Of a stretch of 64,000 nt of DNA, positions 63,124 to 64,000 are shown in pieces. The notes below the pieces were generated by a model. The model was not told the origin of the DNA and searched no databases. It was given only the letters and a program-made list of their open reading frames with translations. Every line of letters starts with the position of its first letter. Positions within the stretch are counted from its first letter, which is position 1. Source of the DNA: a virus (Duplodnaviria; Caudoviricetes); the IMG/VR virus record IMGVR_UViG_3300042542_006078. One strand, given 5' to 3'. Position numbers and translations under genes: made by a program.

Positions 63124-64000
63124 ATGAGCAGTAAATTTTTTCATGGTTCTAGCCTGCTTATGGGTGACAATACCGTTCCCGGTGTTCAACTTTCAAAAGA
63201 ACTTAAAGAATACATACCCAAAATTCTTCAAGCATGTCGTGATTGGGGCCTTGATTTCTATCCCACAGTTGTCCAGTTGTTGACATATGACGAAATTAGC
63301 GAAGTTGCCGCTTATGGTGGTTTCCCTGTCCGTTTTCCACATTGGTCATTTGGGATGGAGTACGAAGAGCTACAGCGTGGATATGAATTCGGTGGACACA
63401 AGATATACGAAATGGTTGTCAATTGTAATCCATGTTACATTTATAATCTTGCTTCAAACACTCTTGCTGACCATCTGACTGTTGTTGCACATGCGACAGG
63501 ACACAATGACTTTTTCAAGAACAATATTCATTTCAGCGCAACTGACACGAATATGATGAATAAAATGGCGAATCATTCTGCTAGGATTCGCAATTATATG
63601 AGCAGATGGGGCAAAGAAAGAGTAACTGAATTCCTTGATCATGTTATGCGTTTAGAAACACTTATTGATGGTTCAGATGCTTGGACAGATAGGGTTATAA
63701 AAGATAGGAATATTCGTGATGAAAGAAAGTACAATAAGCCTCAATTATTGAATGTTGATAAGCAAAGGCTTTACATGGAGCCTTTCATCAATACTACTGC
63801 ATTTCGTAAGAAGCAGAATGAAGATGTTCATGAGAGAGACATAGCAGACGAAATTGGCTTATTCAAGGAACCAACTAAGAACATTTTGGGATTTATTCGT
63901 GATAATGCTCCATTAAAGCCTTGGCAAGCCGATATTGTCTCTATGCTTTATGAGGAGGCGATTTATTTCTTCCCTCAAAGACAAACTAAGGTTGGGAACG
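63124..64000 (+). CDS. spoVR: SpoVR/YcgB-family protein (3'-truncated by the window end)
   Basis: Read by hand from ATG 63124: GLDFYP, AYGGFP.RFPHWSFGMEY, KIYEMV.N.NPCY, V.AH..GHNDFFKNN..F, L.PWQ.DI. Confidence 0.92.
   Translation, partial: MSSKFFHGSSLLMGDNTVPGVQLSKELKEYIPKILQACRDWGLDFYPTVVQLLTYDEISEVAAYGGFPVRFPHWSFGMEYEELQRGYEFGGHKIYEMVVNCNPCYIYNLASNTLADHLTVVAHATGHNDFFKNNIHFSATDTNMMNKMANHSARIRNYMSRWGKERVTEFLDHVMRLETLIDGSDAWTDRVIKDRNIRDERKYNKPQLLNVDKQRLYMEPFINTTAFRKKQNEDVHERDIADEIGLFKEPTKNILGFIRDNAPLKPWQADIVSMLYEEAIYFFPQRQTKVGN

Noticed and set aside
1-64000. Stop-codon reassignment (code 15 or 4), as found in some large phages
   Set aside because: Conserved enzymes (pyrB, thyX, glf, prkA, helicases) are full length in code 11, and genes end in TAA, TGA and TAG with tight coupling.
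1-64000. Eukaryotic giant virus (suggested by collagen, Kelch, SET and GTs) or bacterial chromosome (suggested by pyrB, hldE, prkA)
   Set aside because: Shine-Dalgarno sites, sigma70-type promoters, overlapping operons and gp41/gp32/UvsX/UvsW/gp4/gp1-like genes indicate a bacteriophage. No ribosomal-protein or other housekeeping operons are present.
1-64000. tRNA genes, integrase or attachment sites
   Set aside because: No cloverleaf with a T-loop GTTCRA in non-coding space and no tyrosine or serine recombinase motifs were found by eye. A tRNAscan-SE run would be decisive.

Overview
64 kb fragment of a large, AT-rich dsDNA bacteriophage with a T4-like (myovirus or 'huge phage') gene set, read in standard code 11 with dense, often overlapping genes. 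All product calls come from motif recognition by eye; no database search was run. Left part (1-24.5 kb): virion-fibre and surface module, with a 1686-aa protein carrying 3x6 Kelch-like propeller repeats plus Ser/Gly-rich repeats, two paralogous Gly-X-Gln collagen-like proteins, and a dense glycosyltransferase/methyltransferase cassette. Middle (25-51 kb): nucleotide metabolism, replication and recombination (pyrB, family-A polymerase, gp41-like helicase, UvsW, UvsX/RecA, gp32-like SSB, UvsY-like protein, Ski2/Hel308-like helicase, DnaQ, dCMP deaminase, dNMP kinase), sugar genes (glf, two GT9-like), and two promoter-driven structured non-coding regions. Right part (51-64 kb): SET protein, gp4-like nuclease, thyX, hldE, a metallothionein-like peptide, a group of small proteins with a capsid-targeting-like N-terminus, and a prkA-yeaH-spoVR triad truncated at the window end. 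Best leads: (1) a ~510-nt densely base-paired candidate ncRNA upstream of the polymerase; (2) a candidate phage-encoded heptose/glycan modification system acting on virion fibres; (3) a membrane-anchored 22-Cys metallothionein-like peptide; (4) a family of putative packaged and injected internal proteins. No tRNA, rRNA, CRISPR array or integrase was recognised.
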